From IMG/VR virus record IMGVR_UViG_3300028615_000137, positions 32,001 through 96,000 of that record: 64,000 nt of DNA. The stretch is one strand, 5' to 3'. Each line of letters opens with the position of its first letter. Within the stretch, counting starts at the first letter, position 1. The notes beneath the pieces are model-generated. The model saw only the letters and a list, made by a program, of their open reading frames with translations, had not been told where the DNA came from and ran no database searches. This DNA is from a virus. This document shows positions 48,467 to 58,983 of the stretch, piece after piece. The translations under genes were made by a program, and so were the position numbers.

Positions 48467-50899
48467 ATGGTAGAAGTAGTTTCGGGTTGGCACGATAACG
48501 ATACAGTTTACCTTTTAGAGAGAAAGGAAGACGATAAGTTTAAATTACATAAACATTATGCGCAGTGGTCTTTTTTTCTAAAGGGTGCTGATGAAAATGA
48601 TTGTCAAGCCATAAAAGAAGTTGATGGTCGAATAGTACCTTTCTTCGATAAAGCAAGTGATTATGTAAGATTTGATTGTGGCAATAGGTGGGCCAGAAAA
48701 GATATGGTCGAGTTGCTTTCTAATAACGACATAAATGTTTTAGAAGGTGATGTAAGTCCGTTAACCAGATTCCTGAGTGACAAAAATTGTCAATACGAGA
48801 TAGCCAAGAACTTTAAGATAGGATTCTTCGATTTAGAGACAGATTCTCGTGTAAAATTTGAAAGAGCTATAGAAGGTAAAGCTGCTATTCTTTCTTGGGC
48901 TCTTTGCGATGCTCAAGGCAATCATTGGGAAGATATAGTAGATGAAAAAGACCCGTTCGCTTCGTTTGAAGAAATGGAAGTGGACCCCGAATCTGAAAAA
49001 AAGATTTTGCTTAGATTTCTTAAATTGGCCGAACAGTTTGACGTTCTGATGGCTTGGAACGGGGATGGCTTCGACTTTCCAGTCATACAAGAGCGTTGTA
49101 AAAGTTTAGGTATAAATGTTGTTTGGAAGCAATGGAATTTTTTAGATAGTCTAGAAGTATATAAAAAATACAACGTCGCTAACGAAGGTTCCGGCGAACA
49201 GAAGCAAAGTTTTAAGCTAGAACACGTAGCACAATACCTTCTTGGTGAAGGTAAGCACGACTTCGATTCGAGCAAAACGTGGGAAGCTTGGGCAAAGGGG
49301 TCTGAATCTAGACAAAAGTTACTTGATTATAACGTTCAAGATACTGCACTTTTACCGAGAATTGAGGAAAAGTCTGGTTACATTCAGTTGCATTTTGTCG
49401 TTTGCCAAATTTGCAATCTATTTCCCAATTCTTGGTCTCTAAATGCCACCATTCAAGGCGACGGATTTTTATTGAAATTGGGCGATGAATTCGATTATAG
49501 ATTTCCTACAAGACACTATACTGATATACCGGAAAAGTTTAAGGGTGCTTATGTCATGAAACCACTTAAACTTGGTGCTATCGATAATGTTCATGTGGCG
49601 GACTTTGCAGGTCTATATCCAAGTATAATGCGTACTTGGAATATGAGTCTCGATACTAAATTGAAGGAACCAAATGAAACTTGTTGCAAGCTACCAGACC
49701 GTGAAACGTACTTTGAAACAACACGCCGGGGGATTGTGCCTATGGCTCTTGATAGACTGGTTGCGCAACGGGCGGAATATCAAAAGCTATTGGCACAAGC
49801 ACAACCAGGATCGAAAGAATGGGTAAAATATAAGCAGCTTTCTTCTGCTTTTAAAATCGTCGCAAACTCATTCTATGGTATCGTCGGGTCGGCATTTTCC
49901 AGATTTTTCGACAAGGATGTCGCCGAAGGCGTAACGCAAACTGGTAAATGGCTGTTGCTTGAGGTTATAGAAGAATCTAAACGACAGGGGCTCGAGCCGC
50001 TATATGGTGATTCAGATTCTGCGTTTGTTTCGGGAGACGCTGAGAAGTTCCAGGAAGTTGTTGATTATTTAAACAATTCGTGGACCGAACGCTTAAAGGA
50101 ATTTGGAGTTTATGGTAAGCATCACATAAAACTAGAGTTTGAGAAGTCATTTAATCGATTGATCATATTGGCTAAAAAGCGTTATGCTGCGTCTTTGGCC
50201 GGATATAAAGGCAAAGAAGCTACAGATGATGCGAGAGAAATTAAAGGTTTGGAGTATCGTCGTGGTGATACAATCATTCTTGCTAGAGAATTTCAAAAAG
50301 AAATTATAGACAGCTTGTTGGCTCCAGATTTGCCTAGTCCCAATAACGTTTGGGAAATTGTCAAAAAGCACCATAAGAAAATTCTAAATGGGGAACTGAC
50401 TTTGGAACAGGTAACACTGTCGAAAGGACTTCAAAGGGCTCCCAATACTTATGGTGTAAATTACACAAAAGAAACGTGTGCAACTACATATTCACGTAAG
50501 GTAGAAACGGGAGAATTTTTTAAAAATGGTAAGCCCAAAACCAGGACAATAAAGAGGAAGTGTGAATACGATTTTGGCGGTAAGCATCCAATGACTTCCC
50601 CCGTTTGTCCCGAATGTGGCGCGGAAAGAAATAAGAGTACGCCTCCTGCACATGTCAGAGTGGCTAATAAGATGATTGAAGCGGGGGAACACGTTGAAGA
50701 GAGCGACAAAGTTTTTTATATAATTGCCAAACCCGACGATCCTAAGGACAAAAAAGCTAATCCTTATCCTGCACACTGGGATAATGCATTACAAAAGGTT
50801 GACAGACAATACTATTGGACTAAACTAATATATCCACCTACATTGAGAATATTGGAAGTGGTATATCCAGAGGAGCCATGGAGTGACATACTCAAATAA
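48467..50899 (+). CDS. polB: Family B DNA polymerase with 3'-5' exonuclease
   Basis: FFDLET, WNGDGFD, YNVQD; DFAGLYPS, K..ANSFYG, YGDSDS, KKRYA. Confidence 0.96.
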   Translation: MVEVVSGWHDNDTVYLLERKEDDKFKLHKHYAQWSFFLKGADENDCQAIKEVDGRIVPFFDKASDYVRFDCGNRWARKDMVELLSNNDINVLEGDVSPLTRFLSDKNCQYEIAKNFKIGFFDLETDSRVKFERAIEGKAAILSWALCDAQGNHWEDIVDEKDPFASFEEMEVDPESEKKILLRFLKLAEQFDVLMAWNGDGFDFPVIQERCKSLGINVVWKQWNFLDSLEVYKKYNVANEGSGEQKQSFKLEHVAQYLLGEGKHDFDSSKTWEAWAKGSESRQKLLDYNVQDTALLPRIEEKSGYIQLHFVVCQICNLFPNSWSLNATIQGDGFLLKLGDEFDYRFPTRHYTDIPEKFKGAYVMKPLKLGAIDNVHVADFAGLYPSIMRTWNMSLDTKLKEPNETCCKLPDRETYFETTRRGIVPMALDRLVAQRAEYQKLLAQAQPGSKEWVKYKQLSSAFKIVANSFYGIVGSAFSRFFDKDVAEGVTQTGKWLLLEVIEESKRQGLEPLYGDSDSAFVSGDAEKFQEVVDYLNNSWTERLKEFGVYGKHHIKLEFEKSFNRLIILAKKRYAASLAGYKGKEATDDAREIKGLEYRRGDTIILAREFQKEIIDSLLAPDLPSPNNVWEIVKKHHKKILNGELTLEQVTLSKGLQRAPNTYGVNYTKETCATTYSRKVETGEFFKNGKPKTRTIKRKCEYDFGGKHPMTSPVCPECGAERNKSTPPAHVRVANKMIEAGEHVEESDKVFYIIAKPDDPKDKKANPYPAHWDNALQKVDRQYYWTKLIYPPTLRILEVVYPEEPWSDILK

Positions 50900-51380
50900 A
50901 TGGGGCAAAGTAATAAAGTCAGTCATTGATGTTGGCGATGTCGACGAAATGTGGAATTATTTGAATAAAGAACTCGTGTTGAACGAATCTAAGACTTCTT
51001 ATAATGCTCTTCGTAATGCGGTAGATAAGTCCGCTAAAAATTTGGTCGATGCTTCTAGACTATATAACGCTGCTAAGATGGATTATGAATCGGAAGAAAG
51101 GCATATTTCAGGTGAATTAGAGAAGCTTCGTATGAAAACCAGAAAAGAACTTATGAAAGATAAGAAAAATATTGCTGGTCAAATCACTAAGGAAATGATT
51201 GAAGATCAAACTTTCTTGTCTAATCCTAGTGAATATGAAACTTTACAAATGAGATTGACAGAGTTAAAGTCAATGCTCGATACATTTAAAAAATTGGTTG
51301 ATGCATGGCAGTCTAGAACTGCTGATTTAAGATATTTATTTGATAAAGCACACTTAGAACGATTACAAACTAAAGTATAA
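50883..51380 (+). CDS. UvsY-like recombination mediator (putative)
   Basis: Helical protein in the pol-SSB-RecA cluster; LVDAWQSR...LR. Confidence 0.5.
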   Translation: MTYSNKWGKVIKSVIDVGDVDEMWNYLNKELVLNESKTSYNALRNAVDKSAKNLVDASRLYNAAKMDYESEERHISGELEKLRMKTRKELMKDKKNIAGQITKEMIEDQTFLSNPSEYETLQMRLTELKSMLDTFKKLVDAWQSRTADLRYLFDKAHLERLQTKV

Positions 51381-51392
51381 AGGAAATAACCA

Positions 51393-52298
51393 ATGGGACT
51401 TAATTTAAAGGATTTTTTGACAAGCGACGCGGAACAACCTAAGGGAAACAGGAAGTTTCTCAAGAATTGGAAGAAAGATGGGGAGATTGTTGTTTTTCTG
51501 TCGACTCAAGCGGATTTTTGTTATCCGTTTTGGTCACATCAATTTTATACTAACGAAGTTTTCGTAGATGATAGGACCGGAGAGGAAAAGGAATTTTTAA
51601 AGCTTAGAAAGTTTGTTTCTCCAGAGTCTGATGTAGTACTAAAGCAACAATATTTTCGCGAGCAGAACAACGGCGATGTTCTCCAAACGCCTGTACTTTT
51701 GGATCCATTTATTAAGCTACGCGAGTGGTTGCGTCTAGAATGTGAAGATATGCCACTGGATCAGGTAGTTTTTCAATGGCACGATCCTAAGCATAACAAG
51801 GATATTATTTGGCGACGAGGCGAACTTGCTAAGCTTGTAGACAAGACTAAGGATACTTTTTCACATACGCTCGATGCCAAAAAAGAATACTTCTTTGTTG
51901 TTGCTGATGCTAACGAACTTTCTAGCGGCCTTCAAATTGCTCGTGTGACCAAGAGCTTGGGAGATGCTATTAGAGTTGAAGTTGAAAAGATTATTGACTC
52001 TGAAGGTGAAGAAGAGGGCAATCCTCAAGTAACTCCATATGCTCTAAAGTGGAAGTTTGATAATACCGCTCCGCCTGCCAAGATGTATAGTGCTGCTCAA
52101 TACAAGCGCGTTAAGCCAACTGACGATGTCTTGGAAGTGATCAACAATCCGTCGTTTCCAGATCCTGAACCGGAATGCGCGCCCAAGGATAATGATATGG
52201 AAGAAATTCGCGCCGCGATGGTCGACGCTGCAACAATTGATCTTCCGCTCGATATGTTATTTTCTTCTGTTGAAAACGAAGATCAAGCGGCTGAATAA
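51393..52298 (+). CDS. Putative ssDNA-binding protein (gp32-like)
   Basis: Position before RecA; EGNP...PY motif; acidic C-terminus. Confidence 0.55.
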   Translation: MGLNLKDFLTSDAEQPKGNRKFLKNWKKDGEIVVFLSTQADFCYPFWSHQFYTNEVFVDDRTGEEKEFLKLRKFVSPESDVVLKQQYFREQNNGDVLQTPVLLDPFIKLREWLRLECEDMPLDQVVFQWHDPKHNKDIIWRRGELAKLVDKTKDTFSHTLDAKKEYFFVVADANELSSGLQIARVTKSLGDAIRVEVEKIIDSEGEEEGNPQVTPYALKWKFDNTAPPAKMYSAAQYKRVKPTDDVLEVINNPSFPDPEPECAPKDNDMEEIRAAMVDAATIDLPLDMLFSSVENEDQAAE

Positions 52299-53401
52299 TG
52301 TCTAAATTTGCAGATCCTTCCAAATATATAAAGAGTTGGAAGTCTGCTGCCGACGTTGCAAGAAATGTGGTTGCGGTTAGGACGATATATCCTGGCTTCA
52401 ATCACATTTCGCGCGTTGGTGGTCTACCTTCTGGTCGGATTATCACAGTACATGGACCTACTCATGGATCCAAGTCGGCATTTGCTCTGGGTTTGATAAA
52501 GTCTTTCGTAGATGCAGGTCATTGGGCTAAGCTTATTGACGCAGAGCATAGTACTCCGCGCGACTTTATGGAACAATTGTTGGGCGATTCGCTAGATAAT
52601 TTGCCAAATTTTTCTTTGTTGGAGCCTAAGTTATACGAAGATGCGATGAATGAAGTCGACGAATTCTTAGAAGGCGTAAAGTCTGCTAGAAAGGAATTCC
52701 CGGAACTTTGTTCTATCGTAGTTGTAGATAGCATCAACAAGCTGGTACCGGAACGAGAATATAAAGCTGTTCTTAAAGGTGGTGGTACCGAAATGGGCAA
52801 AAAGCATCAAGGAAGGGATAGAGCTGGTTTAAACCAAGTGTGGTTAGATCATATAAATCCATTGCTTGCAGATGCTGGTTGTTCTTTTGTAATAATCGCT
52901 CAAGAAAGAGATTTGCCACCTTCGCCTTATCCTGTAGCTTCTCATAAGTCTGTTTACGTCAAGGGCGGCGAGTGTTTGAAGTTCGATGCTTCGATGGTTA
53001 TACGAGTATCTAGGGCTGCTCCTGTGAAGCCTAGTCCTACTAGTAAAGAAGTTTTGGGTTACAAATATAGAATTAGACTGTATAAAAACAAATGTGGCCA
53101 CATGGATGGCGACTATTCAGAAGCTAGTTTCCACATGCAACTTCCAGATGGCGTCAATAACCCCGGATTTGATATTGAACGAGACACGATGGAATATGCC
53201 ATTGAATTAGGTATTATTGAACAAAAAGGTGCCTGGTTTGTTTTGGGAGAAGATAAATTTCAGGGTAAAAATGCTGTGATCTCTAGACTAAAAACAGATC
53301 AATCATTTTTTGATTCTTTGATGGATAAGATATATGCAGCCGATGTGATAGAGTTGAGCGAAGAAAATGAAGAACACGACAAAAATTTTGATAACGAGTG
53401 A
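52298..53401 (+). CDS. recA: RecA/UvsX-like recombinase
   Basis: GGLPSGRIITVHGPTHGSKS, IDAEHS, VVVDSI, GGECLKFDAS, KNK, GIIEQKGAWF. Confidence 0.93.
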   Translation: MSKFADPSKYIKSWKSAADVARNVVAVRTIYPGFNHISRVGGLPSGRIITVHGPTHGSKSAFALGLIKSFVDAGHWAKLIDAEHSTPRDFMEQLLGDSLDNLPNFSLLEPKLYEDAMNEVDEFLEGVKSARKEFPELCSIVVVDSINKLVPEREYKAVLKGGGTEMGKKHQGRDRAGLNQVWLDHINPLLADAGCSFVIIAQERDLPPSPYPVASHKSVYVKGGECLKFDASMVIRVSRAAPVKPSPTSKEVLGYKYRIRLYKNKCGHMDGDYSEASFHMQLPDGVNNPGFDIERDTMEYAIELGIIEQKGAWFVLGEDKFQGKNAVISRLKTDQSFFDSLMDKIYAADVIELSEENEEHDKNFDNE

Positions 53402-54101
53402 TTGGCATGTAGATACATACATAGCTGGAGTACCGTTACTAGACAATTTTTATAAATTTCGAGACATCGTTGTAGATGTTTTGAGAAAAGAAAATATAGA
53501 TGTTTTTCTTTTCACCGGTGACGCTTTCGATCCTGGTAGTAGGTTGGATGCATTATATACAGCTACTATTATTGATACTGCTTATTTATTTTCCAATTAC
53601 GTTTCTGAAAGTTATTGGATTGCTGGTAATCATGATGTAGTAGAAACTAGAAATGTTTTAACTACTTTATCGCCATTAAAATGTGCTCGTATTAAAAATA
53701 CGGCTGTCTTAGAACATCCCGTACGCTATTTTGGCAGATATTTCGAATTAATTGCTTTGCCGTATGTTTCCCGTTCTGCATACAATGAAGATTTCTATAC
53801 AGTATTAGAACATAAGGTTAAAAACATGCCGTTAATTGTTGCTGGTCATATGACAGTGCCCGGAGCTATGATGGGTTCCGAGTCGCGAGAAATGGCAAGG
53901 GGCAGAGACCTAGATTTACCAATTGATAAAATCGCGAAGCTGGAACCCTCTTTGGTTGTAAATGGTCATTATCACAATTCTCAGATTATTAAGGCTAAAA
54001 ACGGCTTGGAAATCTTGGTGCCCGGTTCTCCGTTCAAAATGAACTTTGGGGAAACTGGTGATACACAAAAGGGATATACAATTGTCGAACTGGAAGTATG
54101 A
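53367..54101 (+). CDS. sbcD: Mre11/SbcD/gp47-like nuclease (phosphoesterase domain only)
   Basis: TSDWH, TGDAFD, AGNHD, GHYH, PGSP..MNFGE...KGY. Confidence 0.88.
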   Translation: MKNTTKILITSDWHVDTYIAGVPLLDNFYKFRDIVVDVLRKENIDVFLFTGDAFDPGSRLDALYTATIIDTAYLFSNYVSESYWIAGNHDVVETRNVLTTLSPLKCARIKNTAVLEHPVRYFGRYFELIALPYVSRSAYNEDFYTVLEHKVKNMPLIVAGHMTVPGAMMGSESREMARGRDLDLPIDKIAKLEPSLVVNGHYHNSQIIKAKNGLEILVPGSPFKMNFGETGDTQKGYTIVELEV

Positions 54102-54468
54102 TTTTGTCGAAGTACCGATCAATGAAGTAATTCAAATAAATTCTTTTAAAGAATTGGACGAACTTTACTTAAATGACCAACTTGATTGTTTTGTCAAAGT
54201 ATCCATTTTAGTCAAGCAGTCAGAGGCTCATAAATTCGACGCTCAAAAAATTCGAGATAAGTTGTATGATTTGGGCGCAAAGTCTGTTATTTTGGAGCCT
54301 AAATTTGTCAAAGATGTTGAACAGGATAAGACTCGAAAAGCTTTCAAAGTTAGTAAGACATCATTTCAGTCTGTGAAGGATTACGTAGATGAATTACCGA
54401 TTGAAAACATGGACAAAATTCTTGTTCAAAATTTGATTACGAACTTTATGAGTCAAGAAGGTATATGA
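54082..54468 (+). CDS. C-terminal (capping/Rad50-binding) part of split SbcD
   Basis: WKYDFVEVP...FVKV...LYDLGAKSV resembles the SbcD C-terminus; TTG start with AAGGGA RBS. Confidence 0.6.
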   Translation: MSNWKYDFVEVPINEVIQINSFKELDELYLNDQLDCFVKVSILVKQSEAHKFDAQKIRDKLYDLGAKSVILEPKFVKDVEQDKTRKAFKVSKTSFQSVKDYVDELPIENMDKILVQNLITNFMSQEGI

Positions 54469-56399
54469 TAATCAAAGAAATAAATCTGCAAAATTGGATG
54501 TGTTTCAGAGGTAAGCAAAAATTAGAAAACTTGCCTTCTGGCGCTATTAGCATATGTGCTAGTTATTCAGATAATCCAAGGCGTAGTAATTGGGGTGGTA
54601 AGTCCGCCTTTCTAGAGGCTATTGAATGGTGCTTGTACGGGGTTCATCGCAAGCGTCTAGAAGACGAAATCATATACAATGGAGCCAAAGAAACTTCTGT
54701 TACACTTATTTTTGATGATGGTATGGAAGTTGTTCGTTCGAGAATTAAAGGCAAATCCACAAAACTTGCCGTTCATATCAAGAATGATACTTATAAGCAA
54801 AAAGATGCTCAGAACATAATAGAAAAGTTATTAGGCTTTGATCAACAGGATTATAGAGCCACTGTAAATTTCGCACAAGGTGATACTTCTTCGATTGTCG
54901 AAAAAACGAACAGTCAACGTAGAAGTATCTTAGATACCTGGCTCGGAATGGACATGTGGAGTAGAATCCATGCTCGTGCAAAGGTACATTTGGAAACTTT
55001 GGAAAAAGATCTTGAATCGTATTCCTTAGTTCTTTCTGAAAGCGATCTAGAAATATTAAATTCAGACTCGGAAAGTCTCGAAGAAGAAATTGCAGGATTG
55101 AAAACCAGCGAAGATAAAAAACATGAAAATATAAAACGTCTCGAAGAAGAAATATCCGAAGCTACAAAAAGTATTGCTTTACAAACAACAAGGGATACAA
55201 TCGAGAAAACTCAAAAAGAGATATCAGAGGTTAGAGAAGAACTTTCAAAGCTAAAAATTCTGCCCGTTTCTGAACATAAAGATAATCTATCTCTAATTGA
55301 ACGAGATATTTATACCAAGTCTACTAGATTAGCTGAATTGACAAAAATTCTTGACAGTGGTTTCCAAGGCATTTGTCCATTGGTCAAGGAAGCTTGTCCG
55401 TCTTGCGATTTTGTAAATTCAAAAGTAGATTCTATGAACAGCGAACAAGAGAATTTAAAAACTGAATTAGGAGTTTTAAAAAAAGAAAAGGCATTTTTAT
55501 CTCGCAAATTGGGCGACATAGAATTGAATAATGGGAAAGCTTCTTCGCTTAAAACTAAATTAGAGAATTTAGAAAGTAAGCTACAAGACTTGCAAAAAAC
55601 ATTTATCGTTGAAGAAGTCTATGAGGAGGAGCAATTAAAAACTTTAAAGGAAAAACTTGGGGAAGAGCGAAAAGAACTTACCGATATTGGACAAGAAATT
55701 CGCGATTTGTCAAAGATTTTGTCCGACAAAGAAAAGCTCGTAGAAAAAATAGAAGAAAATAACAAGGCTAAATTAGAAGTCGAAGAATCTTTGAAAATAG
55801 CTAAAATAGCTAATCAAGTTCTTAGTCCCCTCGGTTTACCTCTGTTAATCAGAGAATCCTTATTTAAAGAATTGGAAGAAAATGTAAATCTGTTATTGGA
55901 CGGCACAGATTTAGATGTAGAATTTTCCTGGTGTAGAGAGACTAAGAAGTTGTCTGATTCTTGCGTCGGTTGTGGGTACATGTATAGAGGGCAAGCAGAC
56001 AAACAATGCCCTGCTTGTAACATAGAAAGAGCGAAAAAATTATCCGACGAAGTTGAAATTCTAGTTTCAGACGGTTCAAATGTCATTGAAGACGTTAAAT
56101 ACAAAAGTGGCGGGGCTAAAGTATTAGTCGGCTCTGCTATTCGCTTCGCGGCTAGTAGAATTTTGAAAAGTAATAGAGATTCTTTATGTGAATGGTCTCA
56201 AATAGATGAGCCATTTGGACCATTAGATGTCCATAATAGAAAAGATCTTGCAAATACTTTTGCTAATATGCTAGAGGTAGTAGGTATTAGACAATCGTTT
56301 GTAGTGAGTCACGATTCTAATATTTTAGATTCTTTGCCTGGACGTATTGAGATAATGCGTCATAATGGCTATTCGGAGATAAAAAATGCTTGTAGTTAA
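54465..56399 (+). CDS. sbcC: Rad50/SbcC/gp46-like SMC ATPase
   Basis: SNWGGKS Walker A, FAQG Q-loop, coiled coils with CP..C hook, KSGGAK signature, IDEPF, VVSH. Confidence 0.92.
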   Translation: MIIKEINLQNWMCFRGKQKLENLPSGAISICASYSDNPRRSNWGGKSAFLEAIEWCLYGVHRKRLEDEIIYNGAKETSVTLIFDDGMEVVRSRIKGKSTKLAVHIKNDTYKQKDAQNIIEKLLGFDQQDYRATVNFAQGDTSSIVEKTNSQRRSILDTWLGMDMWSRIHARAKVHLETLEKDLESYSLVLSESDLEILNSDSESLEEEIAGLKTSEDKKHENIKRLEEEISEATKSIALQTTRDTIEKTQKEISEVREELSKLKILPVSEHKDNLSLIERDIYTKSTRLAELTKILDSGFQGICPLVKEACPSCDFVNSKVDSMNSEQENLKTELGVLKKEKAFLSRKLGDIELNNGKASSLKTKLENLESKLQDLQKTFIVEEVYEEEQLKTLKEKLGEERKELTDIGQEIRDLSKILSDKEKLVEKIEENNKAKLEVEESLKIAKIANQVLSPLGLPLLIRESLFKELEENVNLLLDGTDLDVEFSWCRETKKLSDSCVGCGYMYRGQADKQCPACNIERAKKLSDEVEILVSDGSNVIEDVKYKSGGAKVLVGSAIRFAASRILKSNRDSLCEWSQIDEPFGPLDVHNRKDLANTFANMLEVVGIRQSFVVSHDSNILDSLPGRIEIMRHNGYSEIKNACS

Positions 56400-56414
56400 A
56401 ATAGAAGAAGTAAA

Positions 56415-56585
56415 ATGAATATTTATTTTGATTATAGAAATAAGTATTATAAAGTTTTTGTTTATTATAGTCCTGGTTATTCTTCTCCATGGCGTGTAAA
56501 AATTCCAGAACTTCGATTAGAAGCTACTGGCAGCACTATAGAAAAATGCTTTAAACAGTTGTCTTTGATGGCAACAAACGTTTAA
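56415..56585 (+). CDS. Small HicB-like protein (56 aa)
   Basis: WRVKIPELRLEATGSTIEKCFKQL; not in ORF track. Confidence 0.5.
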   Translation: MNIYFDYRNKYYKVFVYYSPGYSSPWRVKIPELRLEATGSTIEKCFKQLSLMATNV

Positions 56586-57242
56586 ATGAAAAAAACCAAG
56601 GCTAATGAAAAAATATATTGGAATAGAAAGCCGTGGCCTTGTGTGATTATTTCGGTAGATCCTGGAAAGCATGCCGGAGCTTCGATACTTAGTTCTAAGG
56701 GGCGAGATATTGAAGTTCATTACGTTCAAACGGTAGAAACCAATTCGGTACAAGTAGAAGGTATGATAGTCAAGGCTATAGATGTGGCCTATAAACTACG
56801 TCTAAAGCTCTTTCTAGTGACAGAAACGTGGGGAGCGGGGGGACCTATGGGTATAGACCAATGGTGTGGTCTGGGCGCCGCTAGGGGTGCGTGGGAACGT
56901 GCCATGCATCTTTACATTCCCATTTCTAGTAATGTAATAGTTAAAAGTAGACATAAAACCAGGATAAACTGTCAAACCTGGAGAGCCTGGATGATTGGAA
57001 AAAATGGAGAAAAAAATGGAGGAAAATTTACTCGTTTTGACGATTTGGGGTGGAAAGATGCTGCAAAAGAGGCTATACCTAAGTTCTATCCCAAATTGAA
57101 TGTAGAGGGATTAGATCATAACGCTCTAGAATCTGTGTTAATAGGAACACATGCTTTTAGGAGTGACGAAGTAGGAAAATTACTAACTAAGAAAGAGAGA
57201 AAGCAACATGAGCAAGACAACAGGAAAGAATCGAATTACTAA
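56586..57242 (+). CDS. RuvC-like (RNase H fold) Holliday junction resolvase
   Basis: IISVDPGKHAG, LVTE, C-terminal DHNALES. Confidence 0.65.
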   Translation: MKKTKANEKIYWNRKPWPCVIISVDPGKHAGASILSSKGRDIEVHYVQTVETNSVQVEGMIVKAIDVAYKLRLKLFLVTETWGAGGPMGIDQWCGLGAARGAWERAMHLYIPISSNVIVKSRHKTRINCQTWRAWMIGKNGEKNGGKFTRFDDLGWKDAAKEAIPKFYPKLNVEGLDHNALESVLIGTHAFRSDEVGKLLTKKERKQHEQDNRKESNY

Positions 57243-57888
57243 CGATCGCTATTTGACGCCCCCATGGGCTATTAAGAGGTTTGTAGAAGAGTTTCCGTGG
57301 AGTGCTAGGTTTGGCGACGAAGGAACTATACGAGCCATCGAACCTGCCTATGGCGAGGGAAATATCATTCGCGTCTTGAACGAACATCCACAGCTTCAAT
57401 ACTTTGAATGGCAAGCTATTGATATTCAAGAGCCGGAGTTTGATCTTCCGAATAATACAGATTTTTCGCGGAATAATTTCTTGGATGTTGATTTTGGCGA
57501 AGATAATTTTGATCTTCTTATTACCAATCCGCCTTTTTCCTTGGCGATGGAATATGTGACCAAGGGTCTAAAAATTGCAGAACATGTAATTCTAATGCTA
57601 CGTCTAAATTTCCTTGGTTCGCACAAGCGTAATAAATTTTTCCGAGAGAATATGCCTAATACTTATGTGTTGCCTAATCGTGTAAGCTATACTGCTAACG
57701 GCAAGGCAGATTCTTGTGAGATTGCCTGGATGCATTGGGATCGTGAAAATCTAGCGGATTTTGGCATGCAACGTATTTTGAAGGATACTCCTGCCGAAGA
57801 ACGAAAGTCAGACCGCAATCGAATTGTAGGCTTTGAAGAGTTTGCCATTGAAACTACTTCTGAGGCTAGTGACAATGCCGCTGAGTGA
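57208..57888 (+). CDS. DNA N6-adenine methyltransferase
   Basis: DRYLTPPW, EPAYGEGNI (motif I), ITNPPF (motif IV). Confidence 0.88.
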   Translation: MSKTTGKNRITNDRYLTPPWAIKRFVEEFPWSARFGDEGTIRAIEPAYGEGNIIRVLNEHPQLQYFEWQAIDIQEPEFDLPNNTDFSRNNFLDVDFGEDNFDLLITNPPFSLAMEYVTKGLKIAEHVILMLRLNFLGSHKRNKFFRENMPNTYVLPNRVSYTANGKADSCEIAWMHWDRENLADFGMQRILKDTPAEERKSDRNRIVGFEEFAIETTSEASDNAAE

Positions 57889-58180
57889 TTTGGAAAGATT
57901 GTGGGAACGTGCCGTACTTGTTATGTACGATATTGACCCGCAAGAAGCCGATATGGTAGGTCGTGGCAGGGTTATTGAATGTTCTCCTGGCAAGTTTGTG
58001 GTAAGATATCCTAAAGAGTTGCCACATTCTAAGGTTGCGAGACGCAGGATTCCTACTATCAAGGGATGCTTGGCACAGGCGCAAACAGAATTGCTAGACG
58101 AATTTGATCACGATTTAGATATGGAACGATTAGAAATAGTAATTTTGCCGGAACCTAGAAACGACTGCGCCAATGTCTAA
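57875..58180 (+). CDS. Hypothetical protein
   Basis: 101-aa ORF, GAGG RBS. Confidence 0.5.
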   Translation: MPLSDLERLWERAVLVMYDIDPQEADMVGRGRVIECSPGKFVVRYPKELPHSKVARRRIPTIKGCLAQAQTELLDEFDHDLDMERLEIVILPEPRNDCANV

Positions 58181-58466
58181 CGACAACGTATTATCCTTTA
58201 AGAAGACTTACAAAGTTGGTTTGAACATTTTTTTGGAGATGCAAGTTCCACCAAATGTGAAAATGAACTACGTAATTCAATTTCTTTCTGGTTATTTGAT
58301 GAAGTCGATAGATAATGGTCATTTGAAAAATAAATTGAAGTCCGAATTCAATTTAGATATGTTAGACCACGGATTGAAGTTTGAGTTAGTTGACGATGCA
58401 GAAACAGTAGACTTTTTCGATGATATTGAATTAATAGACGAGGATCCGCCGCAAAATGACGACTAA
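58173..58466 (+). CDS. Hypothetical protein
   Basis: 97-aa overlapping ORF. Confidence 0.5.
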   Translation: MSNDNVLSFKKTYKVGLNIFLEMQVPPNVKMNYVIQFLSGYLMKSIDNGHLKNKLKSEFNLDMLDHGLKFELVDDAETVDFFDDIELIDEDPPQNDD

Positions 58467-58983
58467 AGAAAAATTGGGGTATGACCCTGTAAACCACCCT
58501 AAGCACTATAATATCGGCTCTAAAGAGGTATTACAGGTAATAGAGGAATGGGGAGCAGATAGAGATCATATGGTAGGCAACGCTATTAAGTACATAGCTA
58601 GGGCTTACTGGAAAGGTTCTTTTGTCGATGATTTGAAGAAGTCTGTTTTCTATCTAAATCGTAGAATTTCAAATGAGCCAAAGGGTTTTTGGAACAGAGT
58701 AAAGAATTGGATTTCTCCAAAATATCCAGTTTTCAATGTCGATCCTGCTGAAGTAGAATTTGTTATCGACGATTGGCAACTAAGAGGCGATTTTTACCTG
58801 GCTATGGCACTTAAGTGTATTGCAGAAAACGATTTATTGTTTGCAGTGCATTATTTGGAAAATAGAATTGAGGCGATTGACACATTACCAGAAATCTTAT
58901 TCGAACACCCCGATTTTTATGTTGAAGAAGATGACATCGATACTGAAGTTTTTGAAACTACGTATGGAAAGTTAATGCTATGA
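58456..58983 (+). CDS. DUF3310 (T7 gp1.7-like nucleotide kinase domain) protein
   Basis: DPVNHPKHY...GNAIKYIARA..KG...DL.K...YL; partial second copy. Confidence 0.85.
   Translation: MTTKEKLGYDPVNHPKHYNIGSKEVLQVIEEWGADRDHMVGNAIKYIARAYWKGSFVDDLKKSVFYLNRRISNEPKGFWNRVKNWISPKYPVFNVDPAEVEFVIDDWQLRGDFYLAMALKCIAENDLLFAVHYLENRIEAIDTLPEILFEHPDFYVEEDDIDTEVFETTYGKLML

Noticed and set aside
52450-52480. Deviant RecA Walker A (GPTHGSKS) as a sign of inactivation
   Set aside because: The catalytic Lys-Ser is retained, and T4 UvsX also lacks the Gly before Lys.
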